This document shows, piece after piece, positions 47,888 through 58,199 of a DNA stretch of 64,000 nucleotides. Within the stretch, counting starts at the first letter, position 1. Every line of letters starts with the position of its first letter. The stretch is from an uncultured Gemmatimonadaceae bacterium (GTDB lineage Bacteria > Gemmatimonadota > Gemmatimonadetes > Gemmatimonadales > Gemmatimonadaceae). The notes under the pieces are model-generated. The model had not been told where the DNA came from. It did no database searches and saw only the letters and a program-made list of their open reading frames with translations. A program made the translations under genes and the position numbers. The stretch covers positions 192,001 to 256,000 of the forward strand of contig CAVUDW010000003.1 of assembly GCA_963740355.1 (NCBI GenBank). Reading direction: 5' to 3'.

Positions 47888-49679
47888 GTGACTGACACAC
47901 AGCATACGATGCTGCAGCGCGGGCGCGCCGATGTGGATCGCGCCCTCGGCCTCCTGCTCCTTGCACACTTCCCCGTGGCACTGGCGCTGGCGTTCTGGCA
48001 TGGCACATGGGCGGTAGCGCTATTGATTGCCGCCCCCGTGTCACTCGGTGTTTTCTGGCGGACCCGAACCAGTGCAGGTGCGCCATCGACGCGCTATGCA
48101 GTGGCGGCGGCCTTCATGACCTATTCGGCCATCTTCATTCACCAATCGAATGGGATGATCGAGCTCCACTTCCACATCTTCGTCTGCCTTGCCTTCCTGC
48201 TGACCTATCGCGACTGGCATGTGCCTGTGATCGGCGCTGCGGTCATCGCGGTGCATCACGTGTTGTTCATGTTCATCCAGAATGCCGGCGTCAAAGCCTA
48301 TGCCTTCCCGATCGGGCATCACACGGAATTCGGCCTGGTGGCATTGCACGCTGGCTTCGTGGTGCTTGAAACCGCGAGTCCTGGTGTGGATGAGCCTGAA
48401 GCTGGCGCAGGAAGTGAGCGAAGCCGATGGCCTGCAGGCCGTGGCACGGCAACTGGCACGTGGCAACCTCGATGTGGAGGTCGCTGGCGGCGAGATGGCA
48501 GCTGCGTATCGCCAGGTCATCATCGCCGTACGGTCACTGGTGAGTGAAGCCACCGCCGTCTCCGATGCCACGCAGCGGAATGACTTCAGCCGCCGCGGCA
48601 ACACCGCGCTCTTCGAAGGTTCGTTTCGGAGCGTGATCGAGGGGCTGAACGCCTCGATGGATGCGGTGCACGCCTCGCAGCAGACCGCGGAGACGCAGCG
48701 CGATGATGTGTTGTCCTTCCTTGCCGCGCTGCAGACAGCTGTGGGCAGCGTTGGCGACCGCGACATGACGGCGCGACTGGCCGGCACGTTCTCGGGCGAC
48801 CAGGCGGAGGCGCAGAACACATTCAACGCGGCGATCGAACGTCTCGAAATCACACTGGCGGATGCCTCGACGCTTTCCACCAAGTGTCGCGACGCCAGCG
48901 CCACCATTTCCGAGGGCAGCGGGCGCCTCGCACGCGGCGCATCGGATCAGGCGGCCGCCGTGGAAGAATCGTCGGCGTCGCTGCAGGAACTGAGCGCCAT
49001 GACCAAGTCCACCTCCGAGCACGCCCGCGAGGCGCGCTCGCTGGCGGACACCACCCGCACCGCAGCCTCCAACAGTGTGCAGGCGATGGAAGCGTTGAGC
49101 GTGGCGATGGAGAAGATCAAGCGCAGCGCCGATGAGACAGCCAAGATCGTGCGCACGATCGACGAGATCGCGTTCCAGACCAACCTGCTGGCCCTGAATG
49201 CTGCCGTGGAAGCAGCACGAGCGGGCGACGCTGGTCGCGGGTTTGCCGTGGTGGCAGACGAGGTGCGCAGCCTCGCGCTGCGCAGTGCTGAAGCCGCGCG
49301 GACGACCTCTGAGCTGATCGCCGACTCCGTCACACATGCCGCCACCGGTGCGCGCCTGTCTGGCGACGTCTCGGCGCGGCTGGCCGACATCGACACACAC
49401 GTGCACAAGGTGCGCGACGTCATCAACGAAATCGCATCGGCGAACGAGCAGCAGGCCGAAGGCGTGGAGCAGATCACGACAGCCATCGAGCAGGTCGGAC
49501 GGATCACCATCGAGACCTCGGCCAACGCCGAGCAGTCGCAGGAGATTGCGGGCTCCCTCTCGGCCGAGGCCGAGCGCATGGCGCTGTTGCTGGCGGACTT
49601 CAAGGTTCGCACGACGAGCGGCGCCTCGAAGGCTCGCCCGCCGGTGCGCAACAAGCGCGTTCTGTCACTCGCAGGCTGA
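47888..49679 (+). pseudogene. Methyl-accepting chemotaxis protein (MCP1) with a multi-TM His-rich sensor, split by a +1 frameshift near 48376-48377 (pseudogene or sequencing error)
   Basis: Frame 1 gives TM helices with [27 protein letters not shown]. Deleting one base in GCG-A-GTC joins this to [16 protein letters not shown] regions and [23 protein letters not shown]. Confidence 0.85.
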
Positions 49680-49694
49680 CGCATGATCGAATGA

Positions 49695-49737
49695 CGCCGC
49701 ACACGCCGTGAATGACGGTGTGTGCGGCGCTTTCGTT
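49695..49737 (+). terminator. Rho-independent terminator after MCP1
   Basis: 15-bp stem CGCCGCACACGCCGT-gaatg-ACGGTGTGTGCGGCG (one G-U pair) followed by CTTTCGTT. Confidence 0.8.
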
Positions 49738-49802
49738 CGCCAGGGTGAGTCGCGCGGCCAACGCATGTGGATTTCCTCATACGCGCCAACACACGGGGCG
49801 GC

Positions 49803-49830
49803 TCAAGCGATAGGACCCGAGGTCCGAAAC
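49803..49830 (+). promoter_or_regulatory. Weaker sigma-28-like promoter of MCP2
   Basis: TCAAG-N15-TCCGAAAC between the terminator and the MCP2 start. Confidence 0.45.
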
Positions 49831-49897
49831 TCGTTCCATGTAGGGCAACGCTGGACGCGTCTGTCCGGCCGTCGCCTCCCCCTGAATCCCCGAACCG

Positions 49898-51985
49898 ATG
49901 CTGTCCTCCATGTCGTTGCGTGCCCGCATGTTTGCGGTGGCGCTGCTCGGTGCCGTCGGCACCGTCGTCGTTGGATCGGTCGGGTATCTCGGCCTCAATC
50001 GCAGCCTGACTGCGACCCAGGACCTGTCCACCGCAGCCGTGATGCAGCGCGACCAGATGCAGGCCGACATGATGCATGACGCCATCAGGTCCGATGTCTA
50101 CTCGGCGCTGCTGGCAAGCAACACGGCAGACTCGGTACGCGCGAACGCCGCAGTCGCCGACCTCTCGGAGCACACCAAGGAATTCCGCACGGCGATCGCA
50201 ACGATCGACAAGACGACGCGAAGCGTGAAACTCCGGGCCAAGATCAAGGAGATGACGCCCGACATGGACGCCTATCTGGCAGGCGCCGGCAAGATCATCG
50301 GTGATGCGTCGTCAGGCTCGTTCTCTTCGCGCTCCGAGATCGCGGCGTTCGAGGCGCAGTTCAAGGCCCTCGAAGGGCAGATGGAAGCGTTCGGGAACAT
50401 CATCGGCAGCGAAGCAAGCACGGCATCGGCATCCGCGACAGCGCTCTTCCGCACGGCGAAGGTCGTCATGGTGTGCGTCTCGCTGCTCATCATCGTCGTG
50501 TCGCTGTTCGCGTCGATACGAACGGAGCAACGCATCAGTCGCGGCCTGAAGGCCGTGGGTGACCGGGCCGCGCAGCTCCGCAGCGCCTGCATCACGGACC
50601 TCAACACCGCCATCCTCGCCATGGCGCGCGGCGACCTGACGGCGTCCGTGCAAGCCACGACGCAGCAACTGGCTGTGACATCGACGGACGAGCTGGGCGA
50701 GCTGACCACCAACGTGAACCAGATCATCGCGATGTCGCAGTCCACGATCGTCGCGTTCAATGCCGCACGCGACAGCGTACAGCGGCTGGTCGCCGAGACG
50801 CATGGATTGACCCTCGCGGCGCAGACGGGCGACCTCGCCAAGCGCGCCGATGCGACGGGTTTCGAGGGAAGCTTCCGCGACGTGGTGCTCGGTGTGAACC
50901 AGACCCTCGACTCGGTGATCGCCCCCGTCAACGAAGCGACCACGCAGCTCGAGCGGCTCGCCGAGCGCGACCTCACCGCGCGCGTCACCGGGACGTTCCA
51001 CGGCGATCATGCCAAGATCCAGCACGCCTTCAACACCGCGCTCGAAAATCTCGCCGGCGCGATGACTGCCGTATCGGAGACGGCGGAAGGCGTGGCAACC
51101 AGCGCGGCGCAGATCGACGCTGGAAGCCAGTCGCTGGCGCAGTCGGCAAGCGACCAGGCGGCATCATTGCAGGAAATCTCGGCCAGCGCCCGCGAGCTGT
51201 CCGCCATGACCAAGCGAAATGCGGAGAGCGCCTCCGAAGGACGCACGTTGTCCGAAGGCGCACAACGGAGCACGGCGGAAGGGGTGACCGAGGCCCAGCG
51301 TCTCGCTGAAGCGATTGGTCGCATCAAGACCAGCTCGGAGGCCACCGCTCGCATCGTCAAGACCATCGATGAAATCGCATTCCAGACGAACCTGCTGGCG
51401 TTGAACGCCGCCGTCGAGGCCGCCCGTGCCGGCGACAGCGGACGCGGATTTGCCGTGGTTGCCGAGGAGGTGCGCAGTCTGGCACTGCGGTCGGCCGAGG
51501 CCGCGCGCACCACCTCGGAGTTGATCGAGGAGTCGGTGCGGAGCACCGAGCAGGGTGTGGCGATCAACGCTCGTGTGATCACGCAGCTCGGTGATATCGA
51601 GACGCGCGTCAGCCGCGTGGGCCAGGTCGTGACGGAGATTGCGGCCGCCAGCGACGAGCAGTCGAAGGGTGTGCAGCTGATCGACGGGGCGCTGGAAGAC
51701 ATGGCCCGCCGGACGCAGGAAGTCGCGGCGAATGCGGACCAGAGCAAGGGCGCCTCCGATGCTTTGCAAGAGCGGAGCGCGGAGATGCGTGAGCTGGTGA
51801 CCGGCTTCGAGCTTGGGCAGGGCGGCTCGAACATGAAGGCGGAACCGGCGTCGCGAGCGAGCGTTGGGCGAGGCCGCCCGCGTCGTAGTGCCTCGGCACG
51901 GTCGATCGCGTACGTCGCGTCCAGCAGCGTCGATCGGCCAGCGCCGGTCGAAGCCGAAGAATGGCAGGGTGCTGACCAGTTCTGA
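49898..51985 (+). CDS. Methyl-accepting chemotaxis protein (MCP2)
   Basis: TM, helical periplasmic domain ([12 protein letters not shown]), TM, several HAMPs, [24 protein letters not shown]-terminal EEWQGADQF. Confidence 0.94.
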   Translation: MLSSMSLRARMFAVALLGAVGTVVVGSVGYLGLNRSLTATQDLSTAAVMQRDQMQADMMHDAIRSDVYSALLASNTADSVRANAAVADLSEHTKEFRTAIATIDKTTRSVKLRAKIKEMTPDMDAYLAGAGKIIGDASSGSFSSRSEIAAFEAQFKALEGQMEAFGNIIGSEASTASASATALFRTAKVVMVCVSLLIIVVSLFASIRTEQRISRGLKAVGDRAAQLRSACITDLNTAILAMARGDLTASVQATTQQLAVTSTDELGELTTNVNQIIAMSQSTIVAFNAARDSVQRLVAETHGLTLAAQTGDLAKRADATGFEGSFRDVVLGVNQTLDSVIAPVNEATTQLERLAERDLTARVTGTFHGDHAKIQHAFNTALENLAGAMTAVSETAEGVATSAAQIDAGSQSLAQSASDQAASLQEISASARELSAMTKRNAESASEGRTLSEGAQRSTAEGVTEAQRLAEAIGRIKTSSEATARIVKTIDEIAFQTNLLALNAAVEAARAGDSGRGFAVVAEEVRSLALRSAEAARTTSELIEESVRSTEQGVAINARVITQLGDIETRVSRVGQVVTEIAAASDEQSKGVQLIDGALEDMARRTQEVAANADQSKGASDALQERSAEMRELVTGFELGQGGSNMKAEPASRASVGRGRPRRSASARSIAYVASSSVDRPAPVEAEEWQGADQF

Positions 51986-52006
51986 CTGGTTCAGCACCCC
52001 GCAGCG

Positions 52007-52885
52007 TCAGTCTTCGCCGTTGAGCAACGGGAAGAGTTCCGCGACCTGAGCCGCTAGCGACTCGGCGACGGTGTCGACATCCGCAGCGGTCAGACCGAGC
52101 TTCGTCAGCACTGCCTCGTCAATACTCTCACCTTCGACGGTTCGGGAGTAGCCGACACCGATCCGTGCGGCAAGATGGTCTGCGACGAACACGACGGCCG
52201 TCGTGGCGCAGAAGCCGGTGGGTACTTCGAGCGGACGATGATGGTATCCGGTGACACGCTGCAGCGACGCCGGAAATCGCCAGGCAACACAGAGCGCCTC
52301 GCCAAACGCCTCGTGCGTCGCACCCAGCGCCTCCTGTTCGGCGGCACGGAATGCAAGCAATGGATCAGCGGCCACCGCCGCGATCGCCTCGCTGAAGCCC
52401 TCGCGGCACGACTGCAACTCGATAATGATGCCGATGTCGTGCATCAGCCCGGCGAGGAAGACATCGCTCGGATCCACACCTGCGACTCGTGACGCGAGCT
52501 GTCGCGCAGCGGTGGCCACTGCGATCGAGTGCTTCCAGACATCGCGCGCGTCAAAACCACCCGGCAAGGCGCCAGCGCGGAACATTCGGGTCAGGCTCGC
52601 AGCGATGGCGATACTGCGCACAGCACCAAAACCCAGCAGGCCAATCGCCGTGCTGATCGATGACACCTCTCGACGGACGCCATAATACGCGGAGTTCACG
52701 ATCTTCAGCACGCGAGCACTGAGCGTCGGGTCCTGCGACAGCACCCTCACCAGGTCGTCGCCCGTAGCGTTGGGATTCTCCGCGACACGAACCACTTCCA
52801 GCGCGATGTCCGGGAAGGTCGCCAACTGGCCCGCACGTGCGATTGCCGATGCAATCACGTCTGCCGAAGCGAGCGACTCAGACAT
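52007..52885 (-). CDS. HDOD domain protein
   Basis: LATFPDIA, DPTLSARVLKIVNSAYYG, AIGLLG, WKHSIAVA, AGLMHDIG, THEAFG..L..AWRFP, YHH. Start ATG 52885 overlaps the upstream stop. Confidence 0.92.
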   Translation of the reverse strand: MSESLASADVIASAIARAGQLATFPDIALEVVRVAENPNATGDDLVRVLSQDPTLSARVLKIVNSAYYGVRREVSSISTAIGLLGFGAVRSIAIAASLTRMFRAGALPGGFDARDVWKHSIAVATAARQLASRVAGVDPSDVFLAGLMHDIGIIIELQSCREGFSEAIAAVAADPLLAFRAAEQEALGATHEAFGEALCVAWRFPASLQRVTGYHHRPLEVPTGFCATTAVVFVADHLAARIGVGYSRTVEGESIDEAVLTKLGLTAADVDTVAESLAAQVAELFPLLNGED

Positions 52886-54638
52886 GGGCTGCCTGCGCGA
52901 CCTGGTCGGCAAGGAATTGCACCAGCGCCGCCGCTGGCATGGGTCGAGCCATCAGGTAGCCCTGCCCGAAGGCGCAGCCGAGTGCCTGAAGCAGCACCAG
53001 CTGTTCCTCCGTCTCGATGCCCTCCGCCACGACCTTCAACCCGAGGTTGTCGGCCAGGGTGACGACAGCATGGAGCAGCGCCGCGAAGTCACGACCGTTG
53101 CCGGCGTTCACGACGAAGCTGCGATCGACCTTCAACACGTCGAGAGGAAATTCCTGCAGGCAGGACAGCGACGAGTAGCCGGTCCCGAAGTCGTCCATGG
53201 CAAGACGAACGCCTTGCGCACGCAACTCGGCCAGCAGGCCCAGTGAGACCCCGCGATGCTGCATGATCTGCGACTCAGTCACCTCGAGCTGGAGCTGCTC
53301 CGGGCGCATGCCGACTTCCTGCAGGACAGCCATCGTCCGTTTGACGAGGCAACTGTCCACCAGCTGCAGTCGTGAGAGGTTAACGCTCACGTAGCGCGGG
53401 GCCGCGGCACCGAGCGTCTGCTGCCAGTGCATGAACGTCGCGCAGGCATCACGAAAGAGCTGGTCGCTGAGCGGCACGATGAGGCCGGTCTCTTCAGCGA
53501 TCGGGATGAACGTCACCGGGGAGATGGCGCCACGAGTCGGGTGCATCCACCGCGCCAGCGCCTCGACGCCACAAACCGCCCGATCCTCGAGGGAAACGAT
53601 CGGCTGGTAGACGAGGGAGAGCTGCGATGTGCCGATCGCATCGCGAAGCGCATTCTCGATCTCGATCCGTTCACGGACGGCGTCGCGCATGTCCGGCGTG
53701 AACGCCACGTGGCGTCCCTTCCCTTGCGCCTTGGCTTCGTACATCGCGATGTCCGCATCGCGAAGCATGTCCTCGGCGGTCTCGTACCCGTCGTTGCTGT
53801 AGACGATGCCGATGCTGGCGGTCGAACGCACTGTGTGCTCTCCGAGCTGGTACGGCGCACTCAGCGCGCCAAGCAGCCGGTCGGCAATCGTGAGCGCAAT
53901 CGTGCTGCTGGTCACTCCGTCCAGCACCACCACGAATTCGTCGCCGCCGAGTCGCGCGACGGTGTTGCCGAGCGCCTCGCGTGCGGTGGAGTCGCTGGAG
54001 CGCAGGTTGTTGCGCAGCCGGCTGGCGATGCCCTGCAGCAGCATGTCACCGACATCGTGGCCCAAACTGTCGTTGACCAGCTTGAAGCGGTCAAAATCCA
54101 GGAACAACAGGGTAAATCCGGCCCGAGTGTCCACCTTGGCACGGGCCAGCGCGTGCGCGACGCGGTCCAGCAGCAGCGCCCGATTCGTGAGCCCAGTCAG
54201 CTTGTCGATGCGGGCCGCATTCGTGAGTTCGCCCAGCATCCGCTGTCGTTCCAGGACCGACCCAACCCGCGCGCGCAATTCAGCAGCCGTGAATGGCTTC
54301 CGGATATAGTCGATGGCCCCAGCGGCAAAGCAGGCGCTGAGTGTCTTGTTACTCTCGCTCCCCGTTTCCATGATCACGGGCAACGCGGCCAGTGCGGGAT
54401 CCGCCTTGAGCCATTGCAGCACCTCCAGTCCACTCGCGCCCGGCATCTCGTTGTCGAGCAGGATCAGGTCCGGCGCCTCCGCCTTCACCAGGGCAAGGCC
54501 GGCATCACCACCGGTGGCCCACGAAATCCGCACACCGAGCGGCTTCAGCATCACACTCACCAGCGCGTGGATCGCAGGATCGTCATCGATCAGCACGACG
54601 TGCGATTCCGTCATGGGAGCAACTTCAGCCGCGTTCAT
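52878..54638 (-). CDS. Response regulator REC-GGDEF-EAL (diguanylate cyclase/phosphodiesterase)
   Basis: REC (LIDDD, LILLDNEMP, YIRKPF), DKLTGLTNR, RLGGDEF, GVEALARW, DDFGTGYSSL, KVDRSF, AEGIE. Confidence 0.94.
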   Translation of the reverse strand: MNAAEVAPMTESHVVLIDDDPAIHALVSVMLKPLGVRISWATGGDAGLALVKAEAPDLILLDNEMPGASGLEVLQWLKADPALAALPVIMETGSESNKTLSACFAAGAIDYIRKPFTAAELRARVGSVLERQRMLGELTNAARIDKLTGLTNRALLLDRVAHALARAKVDTRAGFTLLFLDFDRFKLVNDSLGHDVGDMLLQGIASRLRNNLRSSDSTAREALGNTVARLGGDEFVVVLDGVTSSTIALTIADRLLGALSAPYQLGEHTVRSTASIGIVYSNDGYETAEDMLRDADIAMYEAKAQGKGRHVAFTPDMRDAVRERIEIENALRDAIGTSQLSLVYQPIVSLEDRAVCGVEALARWMHPTRGAISPVTFIPIAEETGLIVPLSDQLFRDACATFMHWQQTLGAAAPRYVSVNLSRLQLVDSCLVKRTMAVLQEVGMRPEQLQLEVTESQIMQHRGVSLGLLAELRAQGVRLAMDDFGTGYSSLSCLQEFPLDVLKVDRSFVVNAGNGRDFAALLHAVVTLADNLGLKVVAEGIETEEQLVLLQALGCAFGQGYLMARPMPAAALVQFLADQVAQAAHV

Positions 54639-57600
54639 GCGTGCAACCTCTCAGGCGTGACGGTTCCACTATTCAACTCACAGGTCAACGCGTTACCGCC
54701 GCGAAGTGCAGCGCGGCAGCGTGTCACCAAAGCATCGACCGCCACGTCGCATTCCTTCTGCGTGCCTCCGGCGGAGGCAAATCGCTCGACGGTCCGCGCT
54801 GCCTCGCTGATCGGCATGTACCCGTACCCACCTGCCGCGCCCTTCAACTGATGCGCCAGCGAGGCCAATGGCGCTCGCTGTGCCGGTGCTCGATGCGCCT
54901 CGAGCGCCTCGATTCGCTCGGGAAGCATCCCCAGAAACTGCTGAATCAACTCCGCCATGTCGGGATCATCGGCCATGTCACTCAGCAGCACATCAGGCGC
55001 TGCCGCTGGTGCGGGCGCCGGAGTGCCTTGCATCGCAGGGTTGCGCGGCGGAGCGCCCACTGTGTCGGCAGGGCTTGCCGGCGACACGATCCACTTCGCG
55101 CAGGTGGCGATGAGCCGCTCGCGATCGATCGGCTTGCTGGCATAGTCGTCGCAGCCCGCGTTGAGGCACTTGTCGCGATCCTCCGCCATGGCGTGTGCCG
55201 TGAGTGCCACGATGCCTAGCGATGACCCGCGCTTCCGCAGCGCCCGTGCCAACGAGTAGCCGTCCATCACGGGCATCTGCATGTCCGTCACGAGCAGGTT
55301 GTACGGCCGATTTTCGCGGTTGGCGGCGTCGATCATGTCGAGGGCGACGCGCCCGTTGACCGCGACATCGACCTCGGCGCCGGCCCGGCTCAGGTGATGG
55401 GTGATCAACCGTCGATTGTCGTCGCCGTCCTCTGCGAGGAGGATGCGGCCGGTCAGGCGAGGGGCAGGTATTCCTGCGTCGTGACCGTCAGGCGCTGTAC
55501 GCACACTCGCGCAGTCTTCGAGGTCGGAGACGAGGCGAGAGCCGGGCACGGCAACCAGGGGAAGTTCGACCACGAAGCAGGAGCCCTTGCCCGGTGCCGT
55601 GCGCTCGAGCTGCACGGTGCCCGACATCAGCCCGGCGAGGCGCCGACAGATCGTGAGGCCCAGGCCGGTGCCGCCATACTTGCGCGTCACCGATGCGTCA
55701 GCCTGCGTGAACGCCTGAAACAGGGTGCGGGCCTGCGCCGGCGTCATGCCTGTGCCGGTATCCTCGACCTCGATCCGGAGCACGGGTCCGTCCCGGTGCT
55801 CAACATACGTCTCGGAGACTCGCACATCGACGCGGCCCACCTCGGTGAACTTGACGGCGTTGCCGACGAGATTCATCAGGATCTGCCGGAGGCGCGTCGG
55901 ATCACACCGGATGTGCTCAGGCAGTGGCGTGGCGATGGTCGTTTGCAGACTCACGTTCTTCGCACTCGCCCGTGCCTGCATCATGGCATCGACGTCGAAG
56001 AGCAGTTGCGGAAGGTCGAGATCCGTCTCTTCGATGACCAGCCGGCCCGCCTCGATTTTCGAGAGGTCGAGGATGTCGTTGATCACGACCAACAGATGCT
56101 CACCTGCGCGCCGGATCGTGTCCACCGACCCGAGGCTGCCGGCGGCGAGGCCACTATCGGCAATTTCGTCGCGAAGGAGGTCAGCGTAACCCAGAATCGC
56201 CGTCAATGGCGTCCGGATCTCATGGCTCATGTTGGCGAGGAATTCACTCTTGGTGTGGCTCGCCATCGCGGCCTGCGCCGCCATGTCATTGGCGCGCACC
56301 GTCTCGTCCTCGAGAAAGCGATTCGTCTCGAGCAGCATCGCACTCGCCGCTTCGGCCTCGGCGCGTGCGACGCGCAAGGCTTCCTCGCGCTCGACTTCCG
56401 CGGTGACGTCGGTTGCGGTGCCGAACAGGCCCACGATCGTGCCATTGGCGTCGCGCCGTGCCCTGCCATCGCCTCGGACATATCGCACGCCATTGTGTGC
56501 ATTTCGGGTACGCAGCACGATGGAATACGGTGTACCGTCACGTGCGGCCTGCTCGACGGCGGCGCTCAGGCGGGCTTCGTCCTCGTCGGTGTAGGCACTC
56601 ACGGCGGTGCGGTAATCAGGTGGCCCCTCCCGCTCATCCCGCCCGAAGAGAACGTAGATCTGCTTCGACCACTCGACCGCGCCCGTCGCAAGATCCAGCG
56701 ACCAACTCCCGGTGCGCGCCAGCACCTGCGCTTCCTCGAGCATCAAGGTCGTACGGAGCAGCGCGTCGTCCGAGGCGCGCTGCGCCGACACGTCGAAGCG
56801 GATCGAGACGTACTTCTCCACCGCGCCGTCGCTTCCGCGATAGGGAACGATGGTGCTGTCCACCCAGTACAGCGTGCCGTCCTTGCGCCGGTTGCAGACT
56901 TCACCGCGCCAGGGCTTACCGCTCGAGATGGTGCTCCAGACATCGCTCCAGAACGGCCTTGGATGAGTGCCCGAATTCAGCATCCGATGATCCTGACCCA
57001 GCAGTTCCTCGCGAGTGAAGCCACTGATGCGACAGAAGGCCGTGTTCGCGTCGGTGATGCGACCACTGCGGTCGGCGACGGAGATGATGGAGTGTTCATC
57101 AAGCGCGTCCCGCAACGCCGCCACTTCGCGCAGCGCGCACTCGGCCTGTTCGCGTGCCCGCACCAGCTCACATTCAGCTGCCTTGATTGCGTGAATGTCC
57201 TGGATCGACCCCGCGAGCCGCACGGCACGTCCTGCAGCATCACGCTCCGCGAGACACCGGGAACGAAACCAGCGGTAGCCACCGTCCTGGAGTCGCAGGC
57301 GAAACTCGACGTTGTACGGCGCGCCGTGCTCGACGAGCGCTGCCAGGGCTGCCTGTGTGGCGAGACGATCGTCCTCGTGCAGTCGCTCGAAGAACACTGC
57401 GCGCGTCACCGGCGGGCGAGCTTCGCCCTTGGCATAGCCAAGCAACTCCCAACCGCGTGGTGAGAGCCAGAAGTCGTCGGCCGCGATGCGCCACGTCCAG
57501 AGCCCGTCACTGGTTCCCGCAACGGCCGCCTCGAATTGGTGCTGCTGTTCGAGCAAGGCCGTGACATCACCGAAGCTTGCGACCACCGACGTCACGGCAC

Positions 57601-58192
57601 CGGCAGCATCCACGATCGGCTCCGTCGAGACGCTGATCCATCGACGCGATCCATCGGGGAGTTGCACGCCGTGCACGAAGTCACGCAATGACTCACCGGT
57701 ACGCAACGTGTACATCGCGGGGGTATCGATTCCGGCTAGTGGTGTGCCGTCACGCTGGATGTTGCCCCAGCTCGGGTCGATCGCGACGCGACCGCGGATC
57801 TGATCAGCGCTCAGTCCGAGGATCCGCTCCGCCGCGCGGTTGCATTCGAGGATCTCGCCGCCAGGCAGGATGAAGACGATCCCTTCCGAAACCGTCTCGA
57901 AGATCGTCGTCAGGCGGCCACTCGCCGTCTGCTCGACTTCAGCGTGCGCCAGCACCATGTCGTGCAGGCGCTTCACCAGACGGACCACCGGCTCGACGAC
58001 CGAACCGGTGGCGATGAACAACAGGCCGAGCACTGCCCACGGCAGCTGTGGATGGACGCCATGCAGGCCGAAGGCGCCGACCGCGGCGACCGCCAGCAGC
58101 CCACACAGCAGCGCAGTCCGGACGCGCCGATGCGGGCTGCCTACGACGGAGGCTGCGGTGCTGCGGGAGTCCGTGTGCAGTTGCTGCGCCAC
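54635..58192 (-). CDS. Hybrid sensor histidine kinase: 2 TM, 4 PAS, HisKA, HATPase, REC, Hpt
   Basis: FLANMSHEIRTPL, NLVGNAVKFT, DTGTG, GGTGLGL, REC (LAEDG, VTDMQMP, SKP), Hpt AHQLKGAAG. Confidence 0.94.
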   Translation of the reverse strand: MAQQLHTDSRSTAASVVGSPHRRVRTALLCGLLAVAAVGAFGLHGVHPQLPWAVLGLLFIATGSVVEPVVRLVKRLHDMVLAHAEVEQTASGRLTTIFETVSEGIVFILPGGEILECNRAAERILGLSADQIRGRVAIDPSWGNIQRDGTPLAGIDTPAMYTLRTGESLRDFVHGVQLPDGSRRWISVSTEPIVDAAGAVTSVVASFGDVTALLEQQHQFEAAVAGTSDGLWTWRIAADDFWLSPRGWELLGYAKGEARPPVTRAVFFERLHEDDRLATQAALAALVEHGAPYNVEFRLRLQDGGYRWFRSRCLAERDAAGRAVRLAGSIQDIHAIKAAECELVRAREQAECALREVAALRDALDEHSIISVADRSGRITDANTAFCRISGFTREELLGQDHRMLNSGTHPRPFWSDVWSTISSGKPWRGEVCNRRKDGTLYWVDSTIVPYRGSDGAVEKYVSIRFDVSAQRASDDALLRTTLMLEEAQVLARTGSWSLDLATGAVEWSKQIYVLFGRDEREGPPDYRTAVSAYTDEDEARLSAAVEQAARDGTPYSIVLRTRNAHNGVRYVRGDGRARRDANGTIVGLFGTATDVTAEVEREEALRVARAEAEAASAMLLETNRFLEDETVRANDMAAQAAMASHTKSEFLANMSHEIRTPLTAILGYADLLRDEIADSGLAAGSLGSVDTIRRAGEHLLVVINDILDLSKIEAGRLVIEETDLDLPQLLFDVDAMMQARASAKNVSLQTTIATPLPEHIRCDPTRLRQILMNLVGNAVKFTEVGRVDVRVSETYVEHRDGPVLRIEVEDTGTGMTPAQARTLFQAFTQADASVTRKYGGTGLGLTICRRLAGLMSGTVQLERTAPGKGSCFVVELPLVAVPGSRLVSDLEDCASVRTAPDGHDAGIPAPRLTGRILLAEDGDDNRRLITHHLSRAGAEVDVAVNGRVALDMIDAANRENRPYNLLVTDMQMPVMDGYSLARALRKRGSSLGIVALTAHAMAEDRDKCLNAGCDDYASKPIDRERLIATCAKWIVSPASPADTVGAPPRNPAMQGTPAPAPAAAPDVLLSDMADDPDMAELIQQFLGMLPERIEALEAHRAPAQRAPLASLAHQLKGAAGGYGYMPISEAARTVERFASAGGTQKECDVAVDALVTRCRAALRGGNALTCELNSGTVTPERLHA

Positions 58193-58199
58193 ACTGCGG

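Noticed and set aside
55394..57463. 689-aa plus-strand ORF (also 53427-54851)
   Set aside because: Antisense shadow of the hybrid kinase and the REC-GGDEF-EAL gene.
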